A DNA stretch of 64,000 nucleotides from Shinella sp. (GTDB lineage Bacteria > Pseudomonadota > Alphaproteobacteria > Rhizobiales > Rhizobiaceae), in the NCBI RefSeq assembly GCF_035998705.1, contig NZ_DASYHH010000021.1, positions 141,036 to 205,035 of the forward strand. Reading direction: 5' to 3'. This document shows positions 9,578-18,774 of this stretch, piece after piece (position 1 is the first letter of the stretch; every line of letters starts with the position of its first letter). The notes beneath the pieces were generated by a model that made no database searches, was not told the DNA's origin, and saw only the letters and a program-made list of their open reading frames with translations. Both the position numbers and the translations under genes were made by a program.

Positions 9578-10273
9578 TTGCGGGCCGCTTTCATGATGAC
9601 CAATGAGTCGAAGAAGGCCGACAGCCGGACCGCCGCGCGCAAATCCATTCGTTTCCTGCCCGTCGCACCCTTGCCGGAAAATCTGCCTGAAGGGCGGCTT
9701 GCCATCGCCGACATGGCGAACGCCTTCGGCGTGACCCACCGCACGCTGCACTTCTACGAGGAAAAGGGCCTGCTGACGGCGGCCCGTGTCGGCCCGATGC
9801 GGGTCTACGGCCCGGAGGAAATCCAGCAGATGGCGGTGGTCAACACCTGCCGCGAGACGGGCATGCCCGTCGCCGTGATCCAGGAATTGCTGGATCACCT
9901 CTCGGCGGTCGAAAACCAGGAGGAGGCCGACGGCGTCTTCCGCAACGCCATGGCCGCCCGCAAACGCGAACTCGCGGCACAACAATCGACGATCCGCCGG
10001 CAGATGCAGCAGATCAACGAGCTGCTTGATTTCAGCGCCGCCCACGAGAACGAGACCAACGACAACACGCCCTCCTCCAGCCTGGCGCCGGCGGAACTGC
10101 GTTGCCTCACCCTGATGGCGGAAGGCTATCCGACGAGCCGCATTGCCCGCGCGCTCGAAATCGAGCCCGGCGAAGTGCAGGTGATGGAAAAGAGCATCAT
10201 CGCCAAGTTCAACAGCAACAACCGTTTCCAGGCCGTCGCCAAGGCGGTCATGCTCGGCATCGTCGGCCACTGA
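9578..10273 (+). CDS. Transcriptional regulator with N-terminal MerR HTH and C-terminal LuxR-type HTH
   Basis: IADMANAFGVTHRTLHFYEEKGLL (MerR); LAPAELRCLTLMAEGYPTSRIARAL..NRFQAVAKAVMLGIV (LuxR/GerE). Confidence 0.82.
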   Translation: MRAAFMMTNESKKADSRTAARKSIRFLPVAPLPENLPEGRLAIADMANAFGVTHRTLHFYEEKGLLTAARVGPMRVYGPEEIQQMAVVNTCRETGMPVAVIQELLDHLSAVENQEEADGVFRNAMAARKRELAAQQSTIRRQMQQINELLDFSAAHENETNDNTPSSSLAPAELRCLTLMAEGYPTSRIARALEIEPGEVQVMEKSIIAKFNSNNRFQAVAKAVMLGIVGH

Positions 10274-10352
10274 GGCCGACGTCATGGGCCGGACATGACG
10301 ACCGGCCCTTCTATCCGCCCCCTGATGGGCGGTCCGTCGTACGGGATCCTGG

Positions 10353-11480
10353 CTACCGCACGATGGTAAGCGTTTCCGCGGCGCGCGTGATGGCGGTGTA
10401 GAGCCAGCGTTCGCGCGTGTCGCGGAAAGCGTAACTTTCATCGAACAGCACGACATTGTTCCACTGCGAGCCCTGCGCCTTGTGCACGGTCAGCGCATAG
10501 CCGAAATCAAAGTCGTCGTAGCGCTTGCGCGTGGTCCAGGGAATTTCCTCGGTGACATTCTCGAAGGCGGCCTTCAGCAGCTTGATCTTCGCAGCCCCGC
10601 GATCCATGTCGTCGTCTTCCGGCCGGATCATCAGGTTGATGCCGGGCTTCACCGTTTCCTTGGACGAGCTCATCACCTGCCATAGCGAGCCATTGAGCAG
10701 GCCCTTGGCCGGGTCGTTGCGCAGGCACACCAGCTTGTCGCCGGATTGCGGATAGTCGGTCGTAAACCCCTTGAGTTCGCGGAGCCGCTGATTGTAGCGC
10801 CGGCGCGTCTTGTTGGTGCCGACGAGCACCTGGTCGGCATCGAGCACCAGCGACTGGTCGACCTCATTGCGGCCAATCACGCGCGCCGCACCATAATCGC
10901 CATAGTCGATGTCGCCGCCCTCGCGGATCTGCATGGCAAGATGAAGGATCGGGTTGTCGCGCGCCTGCCGATGAATATCCGTCAGCAGATAATCCGGCTC
11001 CTGATTGGTGAAATAGCCACCGCCGGAAACGGGCGGCAGCTGGCCGGGATCGCCGAGCACGAGGATCGGCGTGCCGAAGCTCATCAGGTCCTTGCCGAGC
11101 GCCTCGTCGACCATCGAGCATTCATCGACGACGACGAGCGCTGCCTTGGCGACCGGGCTCTGGCGATTGATGGTAAACATCGGCGAGATCGAGGTTTTCC
11201 CCGTCTCCTCGTCCGACACCTCTTCCTCGCCGCGCGAACGATAGATCAGCGAATGGATCGTGCGGGCATTTTTAGCGCCCTTGGAGCGCAGCACCTGCGC
11301 CGCCTTGCCGGTGAAGGCTGCAAACAGCACCTCGCCATCGACATTTTCGGCAAAGTGGCGCGCCAGTGTCGTCTTGCCCGTGCCGGCATAACCGAACAGC
11401 CGGAACAGCGGCGCGCGCCTTTCCTTCAGCCATCGTGCGACGGCGTTCAGCGCTTCATCCTGTTGGGGTGCAAATTCCAT
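10353..11480 (-). CDS. Stand-alone RecD-like (SF1B) ATP-dependent DNA helicase
   Basis: Walker A GYAGTGKT, VVDECSM, GDPGQLPP, YALTVHKAQGSQW, LYTAITRA. Confidence 0.92.
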   Translation of the reverse strand: MEFAPQQDEALNAVARWLKERRAPLFRLFGYAGTGKTTLARHFAENVDGEVLFAAFTGKAAQVLRSKGAKNARTIHSLIYRSRGEEEVSDEETGKTSISPMFTINRQSPVAKAALVVVDECSMVDEALGKDLMSFGTPILVLGDPGQLPPVSGGGYFTNQEPDYLLTDIHRQARDNPILHLAMQIREGGDIDYGDYGAARVIGRNEVDQSLVLDADQVLVGTNKTRRRYNQRLRELKGFTTDYPQSGDKLVCLRNDPAKGLLNGSLWQVMSSSKETVKPGINLMIRPEDDDMDRGAAKIKLLKAAFENVTEEIPWTTRKRYDDFDFGYALTVHKAQGSQWNNVVLFDESYAFRDTRERWLYTAITRAAETLTIVR

Positions 11481-11599
11481 GCCCGGACTTGGCAGGATTC
11501 GCGCCTACGAAGCAAGGGGCGGGACGCTGAGTTCACAAGAGTGCCCAAGGATTGGCCTACCCCCTGATTTGACCCTGTTCGCCGCGCGCGCTTGCCTGT

Positions 11600-12718
11600 A
11601 TGGAGACGCGAACCTTCCGGAGCGATGATTTGCCCGCCTCCCGAAATCCGAATGACGAAACGAAAGCGCCGAGCGGCGCCGGCCGGTTGCCGGCATGGCT
11701 GCAATGGAGCCTCGTCGCCTGTCTTTCGATCGTGACCACCGTTCCGCTCGAGATCGCCGGTTTTCCCGCCGCCCTCCTGATGGGGCCGATGCTCGCCGGC
11801 ATCGTCCTGGCGCTTGCCGGCGGCACGATCCGCCTGCCGCGCATCTTCTTCTTTTTCGTGCAGGTCGTGCTGGCGCTGATGATCGCCACCATGGTGTCGC
11901 AGGATTTCGTCGGAACGTTTGCGGAAAACTGGCTGCTGATGCTCTTCGTCGTGCTCTCGGTCATCAGCGTCAGCACGTTCTCCGGCTGGATGATCGCCCG
12001 CACCGGCCTCCTGCCCGGCACGACGGCGATCTGGGGTTCGTCCCCCGGTGCCGCCTCCACCATGCTGATGATGGCGGAAGCCTATGGCGCGGATGCGCGC
12101 CTCGTCGCCTTCATGCAATATCTGCGCGTCGTCTTCGTCGCGAGCGTCGCGACGCTCGTCGCCCATTTCGGCGGCCATGACGGCGCGGTGGTGCCGCCGC
12201 ATGCCTGGTTCGAGCCGGTGCCGATGCCGCCGCTGGCCGCCATGCTGGCGATCGGTATCCTGGCCGGCCTCGCCGCCCAGCGGTTGCGCATCCCGGCCGG
12301 CGCCTTCCTGGTGCCCTTCGCCATCGCCTCGGTGCTGAATTCCTCCGGCACGGTGACGTACCTGCTGCCGCAATGGCTGCTCGTCATCGCCTTCACCCTG
12401 CTCGGCTGGAACATCGGCCTCGGCTTCACCCGCGCCATCCTCATCCATGCGCGCCGAGCGCTGCTGCCGACCGTCGTCTCCATCCTCGCGCTGATCGGCT
12501 TTTCCGGCCTGCTCGCCGGCCTGCTGATCCTCGTGCTCGGCGTCGACCCGCTCACCGCCTATCTCTCGACCAGCCCCGGCGGGCTCGACTCGATTGCCGT
12601 CATCGCGGCATCGAGCAATGTCGACATCGCCTTCGTCATGACGCTGCAGACGGCGCGGCTGATTCTCGTCACGCTGATCGGGCCGTGGCTCGCCCGCTTC
12701 GTCGCCGACCGGGCTTAA
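11600..12718 (+). CDS. AbrB-family (duplicated) membrane protein
   Basis: Multiple TM helices; two repeats with SPGAAS / TSPGGL motifs; ALLMGPM. Confidence 0.82.
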   Translation: METRTFRSDDLPASRNPNDETKAPSGAGRLPAWLQWSLVACLSIVTTVPLEIAGFPAALLMGPMLAGIVLALAGGTIRLPRIFFFFVQVVLALMIATMVSQDFVGTFAENWLLMLFVVLSVISVSTFSGWMIARTGLLPGTTAIWGSSPGAASTMLMMAEAYGADARLVAFMQYLRVVFVASVATLVAHFGGHDGAVVPPHAWFEPVPMPPLAAMLAIGILAGLAAQRLRIPAGAFLVPFAIASVLNSSGTVTYLLPQWLLVIAFTLLGWNIGLGFTRAILIHARRALLPTVVSILALIGFSGLLAGLLILVLGVDPLTAYLSTSPGGLDSIAVIAASSNVDIAFVMTLQTARLILVTLIGPWLARFVADRA

Positions 12719-13074
12719 TCCGGCGCATTCTCCAGCAGGATCGGCTTGCCATGCGGCGTCGCCTCGGCGGCGCGCTCCCAGCGGTGGGACAGCGCATCCT
12801 GCTCGGCTTCGCTCGCCACGCCGCGCTCCGAAACGAGCGACGAAAGGGCGGCGACCCAGCAATCGAAATAATCGCGGCCATCGTCGGCGCGACCGGGACG
12901 ATGCACCTCGCGCGACAGCGCCGCCGCCCACTCCGCCCAGGTGAACATGCCCTGCTCGTGCAGGCGCACCGTCATGGCAAAGGCCTGAGCCTGCCAGGGT
13001 TCTGCAAAAACCGGATCGCCCTCGGCGGACTTCGGCAGGCCGGGAGAATCGGCCGGCGTCTCACACCGGCTCAA
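12715..13074 (-). CDS. Nitrile hydratase accessory/activator protein (P14K-like)
   Basis: PVFAEPWQAQAF, FTWAEWAAAL, YFDCWVAAL, TPHGKPI; TTG start overlapping the nthB stop. Confidence 0.9.
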   Translation of the reverse strand: MSRCETPADSPGLPKSAEGDPVFAEPWQAQAFAMTVRLHEQGMFTWAEWAAALSREVHRPGRADDGRDYFDCWVAALSSLVSERGVASEAEQDALSHRWERAAEATPHGKPILLENAPD

Positions 13075-13720
13075 GATAGCTCTCCCAGGCATCGATCGAA
13101 ACGGTAAGGCCGGGTGCCGCCCCCTCGCCCCAGATTTCCCCGCCGTCGAAGACGACGGTATAGACCCATTGCGGGTTTTCGCCCCGGCCGTGCGCGTTGT
13201 CGTCCGGAAAGACGAAGGAGCCCTGTACGGTCTCGACCACGCCGACCTTGTCGCGCGCATAGCGCGGCAGGCGGGTATGCGTGGTCGGATTGAAGTTGCG
13301 GGTGCGCACGCGGTCGCCGGCGGCAAAGCGTGGCACGGTCTCGAGCGGACGGTCGCACGGCCCGCCCTTCGCCAGGACGGCCGCCACCATGTCGGCCTTC
13401 AGCACGCGCTTCGGCGCCGCCCCCTTTTCCAGCATCCGCCCCTCCGCCAGTTCCGCCGCACTGACGAAACCATGGCGCTGAAGCAGCACTTCTAGCGCGC
13501 GGATCCAGATCTCGTAATAGCTCGCGGAAAGATAGGTGGCGGGCGGGATGTTTTCGCGCGCATGGCGGCTTTCATCGAGCGTCCAGGCGCCGAAGGCGCC
13601 GCAGGAGATCGTCACGCCAAGCGCCTGCCGCTCCCATTCGGCGTGAAAGTACGGCTCGTTGTGCTCGGGCGCGACCGGCCCCATTCCGTGCTGGCCGCCG
13701 AGATCGTGCGGCCCGTTCAT
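13061..13720 (-). CDS. nthB: Nitrile hydratase beta subunit
   Basis: [28 protein letters not shown]. Confidence 0.96.
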   Translation of the reverse strand: MNGPHDLGGQHGMGPVAPEHNEPYFHAEWERQALGVTISCGAFGAWTLDESRHARENIPPATYLSASYYEIWIRALEVLLQRHGFVSAAELAEGRMLEKGAAPKRVLKADMVAAVLAKGGPCDRPLETVPRFAAGDRVRTRNFNPTTHTRLPRYARDKVGVVETVQGSFVFPDDNAHGRGENPQWVYTVVFDGGEIWGEGAAPGLTVSIDAWESYLEPV

Positions 13721-14343
13721 GGCCTTGCCTCCGGCGCAAGCGCGAGCCCGGTGCCGATCATGGCGTCCCGCGTCACGAGATCGGCAAGTGCTGCCTGGTC
13801 GAGCCCTTCCGTGCCCGCGGGCCGCTCGGGAATGACGAGGTAGCGCAGTTCCGCCGTCGAATCCCAGACGCGGATTTTCTTGTCCGGCGAAAGCGTTACG
13901 CCGAACTCCTCCAGCACGCCGCGCGGATCGATGACCGCGCGCGAACGATAGGCCGGCGCCTTGTACCAGACCGGCGGCAGGCCGAGCACGGACCAGGGAT
14001 AACAGGAGCAGAGCGTGCAGACGACGAGGTTGTGCGTCTGCGCATCGTTGAACACGGCCCGCATGTGTTCGCCCTGGCGGCCGGTATAGCTGAGGCTGGC
14101 GATCGCCTCCGTCGCGTCCCGCCGCAGCCAGTCGGCGAAATCCGGCTCCGCCCAGGCCTTGGCGACGACGCGGGCGCCGTTGCGCGGCCCGATCTTCGTC
14201 TCGTAGGTCTCGACGATGGCGTCGATCGCCTGCGGATCGATCAGCCCCTTCTGCGTCAGGATGGTTTCGAGCGCGCGCACGCGCGCCTCCATCGGCGAAA
14301 AATGGTTGTCGTGGTGATGGTGGTCGTCATGGTCATGAGACAA
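13717..14343 (-). CDS. nthA: Nitrile hydratase alpha subunit, cobalt type
   Basis: Metal motif VCTLCSCY (Thr/Tyr = Co-type); His-rich N-terminus; TTG start with GGAGGG RBS. Confidence 0.95.
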   Translation of the reverse strand: MSHDHDDHHHHDNHFSPMEARVRALETILTQKGLIDPQAIDAIVETYETKIGPRNGARVVAKAWAEPDFADWLRRDATEAIASLSYTGRQGEHMRAVFNDAQTHNLVVCTLCSCYPWSVLGLPPVWYKAPAYRSRAVIDPRGVLEEFGVTLSPDKKIRVWDSTAELRYLVIPERPAGTEGLDQAALADLVTRDAMIGTGLALAPEARP

Positions 14344-14375
14344 GGCGGTCCCTCCGGCTTGTCCTTCATACGCCT

Positions 14376-14969
14376 CTAGCGCAGCATCGGCCAGAGGCTG
14401 GCGACAAGCAGCAGCGCCATCGTAATGTTGAACCACTTGAGACGAACGGGATCCGACAGCCACTGGCGCAGCGCCGAGCCGAAGCCGGCCCAGGTGGAAA
14501 CGCTCGGGAAATTGACCAGCGCGAAGGCGACGCCGACGATGAGCACGCTCAGCGTATAGTTCGCCGCATTGGTACAGGTCGCCATGGCGGAAACAGCCAT
14601 GACCCAGGCCTTGGGGTTCACCCACTGGAAGGCGGCGGCCTGGAGAAAGCTCATCGGCCGTGCCCCCGCCTTGCCTTCGGAAAGCGTGCGCGACATGGCG
14701 ATCTTCCCGGCGATCCACAGGAGATAGGCGCCGCCCGCGAATTTCAGCACCGTATAGACCAGCGGCACGGCCTCCAGCAGCGCGCCGAGCCCGAAACCGA
14801 CGGCGAGCAGCAGCACGAGGAAACCGACGCCGATGCCGCACATATGCGGGATGGTGCGCACGAAACCGAAGTTCACGCCCGAGGCGAAGAGCATCATGTT
14901 GTTCGGGCCGGGGGTGATGGAGGTGGTGAAGGCGAAGACCAGCAGCGCCAGAAAGATTTCGATCGGCAT
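14376..14969 (-). CDS. LysE/RhtB family amino-acid exporter
   Basis: [17 protein letters not shown], six hydrophobic segments. Confidence 0.9.
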   Translation of the reverse strand: MPIEIFLALLVFAFTTSITPGPNNMMLFASGVNFGFVRTIPHMCGIGVGFLVLLLAVGFGLGALLEAVPLVYTVLKFAGGAYLLWIAGKIAMSRTLSEGKAGARPMSFLQAAAFQWVNPKAWVMAVSAMATCTNAANYTLSVLIVGVAFALVNFPSVSTWAGFGSALRQWLSDPVRLKWFNITMALLLVASLWPMLR

Positions 14970-15090
14970 GCAGGTTCTCGCATATTCCGGTTGTTTTTTG
15001 CGATTGATAGTCCATCTCTTTGCGACGACCAGCCAATTCTTGTCATGCATACAATTCGTATCGATGCATGGCGCCTGAACGGAGAGACAC

Positions 15091-15936
15091 ATGAAAGCGG
15101 AACTTCCCGCAGTCACCTTCCCCGGCGGACGGCAGGTGCCGGCGCTCGGCCTCGGCACATGGCACATGGGCGAGAGCGGGTCGTCCCCGGCCGAGGAGGC
15201 CGCAAGCCTGCGCGCCGGGCTCGACCTCGGCATGACGCTGATCGACACGGCGGAAATGTATGCCGACGGCGGCGCGGAGACGGTGGTCGGCGAGGCGATC
15301 AGGGGCCGCCGCGACGGGGTCTTCGTCGTCAGCAAGGTGCTGCCGCACAATGCCAGCCGCACCGGCACGATCGCCGCCTGCGAGGCGAGCCTGAAGCGCC
15401 TCGGCACCGACCATATCGAGCTTTATCTCCTGCACTGGCGCGGCAACCATCCGCTTGCCGAGACCGTGGAAGCCTTCGAGACGCTGAAGGCGCAAGGCAA
15501 GATCGGCGCCTGGGGTGTCTCCAACTTCGACCAGGACGACATGGTGGAACTGCTCGACGTGGCGGAGCCGGCGCGTCCGCTCGCCAACCAGGTGCTCTAC
15601 AACCTCGCCCGCCGCGGCATCGAATATGATCTGTTGCGCTGGAGCCAGGTGCAGGGCGTGCCGATCATGGCCTATTCACCGCTCGACGAGGGCCGCCTGG
15701 TCGGCCATCCGGTGCTGGAGGAAATCGGCCGCATCCACCATGCGAGCTCCGCCCAGGTGGCGCTCGCCTTCCTGCTGACGAAGCCGGGCGTCATCGCCAT
15801 CCCGAAATCCGGCTCGCCGGAGCGCGTGCGCGAAAACTTCCGCGCCTCGGAGATCCGCCTGACCTCGGAGGATCTCCGCCTCCTCAACGAAGCCTTCCCG
15901 CCGCCGACCCGCAAGCGGCCGCTGGAGATGATCTGA
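15091..15936 (+). CDS. Aldo/keto reductase
   Basis: LGLGTW, IDTAEMY, VSKVLP, LLHW, GVSNF, NQVLYN, IPKS. Confidence 0.93.
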   Translation: MKAELPAVTFPGGRQVPALGLGTWHMGESGSSPAEEAASLRAGLDLGMTLIDTAEMYADGGAETVVGEAIRGRRDGVFVVSKVLPHNASRTGTIAACEASLKRLGTDHIELYLLHWRGNHPLAETVEAFETLKAQGKIGAWGVSNFDQDDMVELLDVAEPARPLANQVLYNLARRGIEYDLLRWSQVQGVPIMAYSPLDEGRLVGHPVLEEIGRIHHASSAQVALAFLLTKPGVIAIPKSGSPERVRENFRASEIRLTSEDLRLLNEAFPPPTRKRPLEMI

Positions 15937-15948
15937 CGGCCACCCGAC

Positions 15949-15984
15949 AAAAAAAGGGCCTCCCCGTTTCGGAAGGCCCTTGTT
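15949..15984. terminator. Bidirectional terminator between AKR and ilvH
   Basis: A-tract + AAGGGCCT..AGGCCCTT stem. Confidence 0.75.
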
Positions 15985-16008
15985 GCGTGCATCAGTGTGC
16001 GTTTCTGA

Positions 16009-16581
16009 CTACATGCCCTGCGGGCCGCGGTTCATCGCCGCGATGCCGGTGCGGCAGACTTCGGAGAGGCCGAGCGGCTTCATGACGGCCACGAACTGGT
16101 CGACCTTGGAGGATTTGCCGGTGATCTCGAAGATGAAGTGATCGACCGTCGCATCGACCACCTTGGCGTGGAAGGCATCGGCCAGGCGCAGCGTTTCCGC
16201 CCGCATCTCGCCGGAACCGGTGACCTTGACCAGCGCCACTTCGCGCTCGATCGGCCGCTCCTGCCCCATGATCTTGGCGCGAACGGTGAGATCGACGACC
16301 CGGTGCACGGGCACGATGCGCTCGAGCTGCGACTTGATCTGTTCCAGCACGCCCGGCGTGCCGCGCGTCACGATGGTGATGCGCGACAGGTGCGACTCAT
16401 GCTCGGTCTCGGAGACCGTGAGGCTTTCGATATTGTAGCCGCGGCCGGAAAACAGGCCGATGACGCGCGCAAGCACGCCCGGCTCGTTGTCGACGAGCAC
16501 GGAGAGCGTGTGGCTCTCCGCGACCTGGGTTTCCTTGGCGATGAAATAGGCGGAGCCCGTGGGCTGAAGGTGTGCGTTCAT
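16009..16581 (-). CDS. ilvH: Acetolactate synthase small subunit
   Basis: TLSVLVDNEPGVLARVIGLFSGRGYNIESL ACT domain; downstream of the large subunit. Confidence 0.95.
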   Translation of the reverse strand: MNAHLQPTGSAYFIAKETQVAESHTLSVLVDNEPGVLARVIGLFSGRGYNIESLTVSETEHESHLSRITIVTRGTPGVLEQIKSQLERIVPVHRVVDLTVRAKIMGQERPIEREVALVKVTGSGEMRAETLRLADAFHAKVVDATVDHFIFEITGKSSKVDQFVAVMKPLGLSEVCRTGIAAMNRGPQGM

Positions 16582-16594
16582 AATCTTTCCTCAC

Positions 16595-16638
16595 GCAATT
16601 CCGGACGCAAAACCGCTTCACACTTTTGCTGGAATTGC
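16595..16638. repeat. Dispersed rhizobial palindromic repeat, copy 1
   Basis: GCAATTCCGGACGCAAAACCGCTTCACACTTTTGCTGGAATTGC; near-identical copy at 26945-26988. Confidence 0.8.
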
Positions 16639-16649
16639 TCTCCTCTTCA

Positions 16650-18428
16650 TCAAACGAGCTGGCGGCCCTTGGCGTCGATCGCGTTGGCGACCGCTTCGTC
16701 CGTGGCCTCGTCGGGCAGCAGCATTTCGTTATGCGCCTTGCCGGACGGGATCATCGGGAAGCAGTTGGCGAGGTTCGCCACGCGGCAATCGAAGATGACC
16801 GGACGCTTCACGTCGATCATCTCCTGGATCGCGCCGTCGAGATCGCCCGGCTTGTCGCAGGAAATGCCGACGCCGCCATAGGCTTCCGCGAGCTTGACGA
16901 AGTCCGGCATCGCTTCCGTGTAGGAATTCGACAGGCGGTTGCCGTGCAGGAGCTGCTGCCACTGGCGCACCATGCCCATATACTGGTTGTTCAGGATGAA
17001 GATCTTGACCGGCAGGTTATACTGGACGGCACAGCTCATTTCCTGAATGCACATTTGGATCGAGGCGTCGCCCGCAATGTCGATGACGAGGCTGTCGCGG
17101 TGTGCCACCTGCACGCCGATCGCCGCCGGGAAGCCGTAGCCCATCGTGCCGAGGCCGCCCGAGGTCATCCAGCGGTTCGGCTGCTCGAAGCCGTAGAACT
17201 GCGCCGCCCACATCTGGTGCTGGCCGACTTCCGTCGTGATGTAGGTGTCGCGGTCCTTGGTCAGCTCGTAGAGCCGCTGGATCGCGTATTGCGGCATGAT
17301 GACGTCGTTGCTGTGCTTGTAGGCAAAGGAATTGCGCGCCCGCCACTTGGCGATCGACGTCCACCAGTCGGCCTGGACCGACTTGTCATAGTCCTTCGCA
17401 CCGGCGCGCCACAGACGAACCATGTCCTCGAGCACATTGCCGACATCGCCGAGGATCGGAATGTCGACGCGGACGTTCTTGTTGATCGAGGACGGGTCGA
17501 TATCGATGTGGATCTTCTTCGAGTTCGGCGAAAAGGCGTTCAGGCGGCCGGTGATGCGGTCGTCGAAGCGCGCGCCGATGCAGACCATGACGTCGCAATC
17601 ATGCATCGCCATGTTCGCCTCGTAGGAACCGTGCATGCCGAGCATGCCCAGCCAGTTCTTGCCGGAATGCGGATAGGCGCCGAGGCCCATCAGCGTCGAG
17701 GTGATCGGGAAGCCGGTGATCTCGACCAGCTCGCGCAGCAGCCGCGAGGCCTCGGGACCGGAATTGACGACGCCGCCGCCGGAATAGATGACCGGCCGGC
17801 GCGCCGTCTTCATCAGGTGGATGGCCGCCTCGATCTGGCGGGCATCGCCCTGCAATTTCGGCTGGTAGCTCTTCTGGATCGGGGCAGCAGACGGCGGCGT
17901 ATAGGTGCCGGTCGCAAACTGCACGTCCTTCGGGATATCGACGACGACCGGGCCCGGACGGCCGGACTGGGCGACACGGAAGGCCTCATGGATGATGCGG
18001 GCGAGATCGTTCACGTCCTTGACCAGCCAGTTGTGCTTGGTGCAGGGGCGCGTGATGCCTACCGTGTCGCATTCCTGGAAGGCATCCGAGCCGATGAGCG
18101 TGGTCGGGACCTGGCCGGTGAGGCAGACGAGCGGGATCGAATCCATCAGCGCGTCCTGCAAGGGCGTGACGGCATTGGTGGCGCCCGGGCCGGAGGTGAC
18201 GAGCATGACGCCGACCTTGCCGGTAGAGCGGGCATAACCTTCGGCCATGTGGCCGGCGCCCTGCTCGTGGCGCACGAGGATGTGCTCGATGTCGTCCTGC
18301 TGGAAGATCTCGTCATAGATCGGCAGGACGGCACCGCCCGGATAGCCGAAAATATGTTCTACGCCGTTGTCCCGCAGCGCCTGCAAGACAATTTCGGCGC
18401 CCGTCATCTGGTTTTCTGTTCCGCTCAT
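16650..18428 (-). CDS. ilvI: Acetolactate synthase large subunit
   Basis: MTGAEIV, FGYPGGAVL, RHEQGAGHMAEGYAR, TSGPGATN, TPP motif GDAS..NN. Confidence 0.96.
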   Translation of the reverse strand: MSGTENQMTGAEIVLQALRDNGVEHIFGYPGGAVLPIYDEIFQQDDIEHILVRHEQGAGHMAEGYARSTGKVGVMLVTSGPGATNAVTPLQDALMDSIPLVCLTGQVPTTLIGSDAFQECDTVGITRPCTKHNWLVKDVNDLARIIHEAFRVAQSGRPGPVVVDIPKDVQFATGTYTPPSAAPIQKSYQPKLQGDARQIEAAIHLMKTARRPVIYSGGGVVNSGPEASRLLRELVEITGFPITSTLMGLGAYPHSGKNWLGMLGMHGSYEANMAMHDCDVMVCIGARFDDRITGRLNAFSPNSKKIHIDIDPSSINKNVRVDIPILGDVGNVLEDMVRLWRAGAKDYDKSVQADWWTSIAKWRARNSFAYKHSNDVIMPQYAIQRLYELTKDRDTYITTEVGQHQMWAAQFYGFEQPNRWMTSGGLGTMGYGFPAAIGVQVAHRDSLVIDIAGDASIQMCIQEMSCAVQYNLPVKIFILNNQYMGMVRQWQQLLHGNRLSNSYTEAMPDFVKLAEAYGGVGISCDKPGDLDGAIQEMIDVKRPVIFDCRVANLANCFPMIPSGKAHNEMLLPDEATDEAVANAIDAKGRQLV

Positions 18429-18484
18429 CGGATTCCCGTCCGTCTCTATTCGTATTTCGGGGTGATTATCGAATTTCTGGGCAT

Positions 18485-18509
18485 AAAAAAAGGCCCCTTG
18501 GAGGAGCCT
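18485..18509 (-). terminator. Attenuator terminator of the ilvIH leader
   Basis: Minus strand AGGCTCC-TCCAA-GGGGCCT followed by a T tract, between leader peptide and ilvI. Confidence 0.85.
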
Positions 18510-18541
18510 GCTTACCGCGCATGGGTGCTTTCGCCGGATGG

Positions 18542-18601
18542 TTACACCATCCTGCCCATGCGCGTTCCCACCACAAGAATGTTTGCCGTCAGATTTTTCA
18601 T
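18542..18601 (-). CDS. ilvL: ilv attenuator leader peptide MKNLTANILVVGTRMGRMV (19 aa)
   Basis: Hand-translated; Ile-Leu-Val-Val control codons; directly upstream of terminator and ilvI; below ORF-track cutoff. Confidence 0.85.
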   Translation of the reverse strand: MKNLTANILVVGTRMGRMV

Positions 18602-18774
18602 GGGGCGAAGTGTTAGCCACAAAGTCCACGCACGTCAACGCCCTTTCCATCTGTTTCGAAACGGCACGGATTCTCGCATATCCGGGAAAATACAACCAAT
18701 AGATGCATCACGCCGAAACGTCTTATTAAGCGGCAGCCGATAAGGTCGCTGTTTGATGGCAAGGAGTGCCGTGA

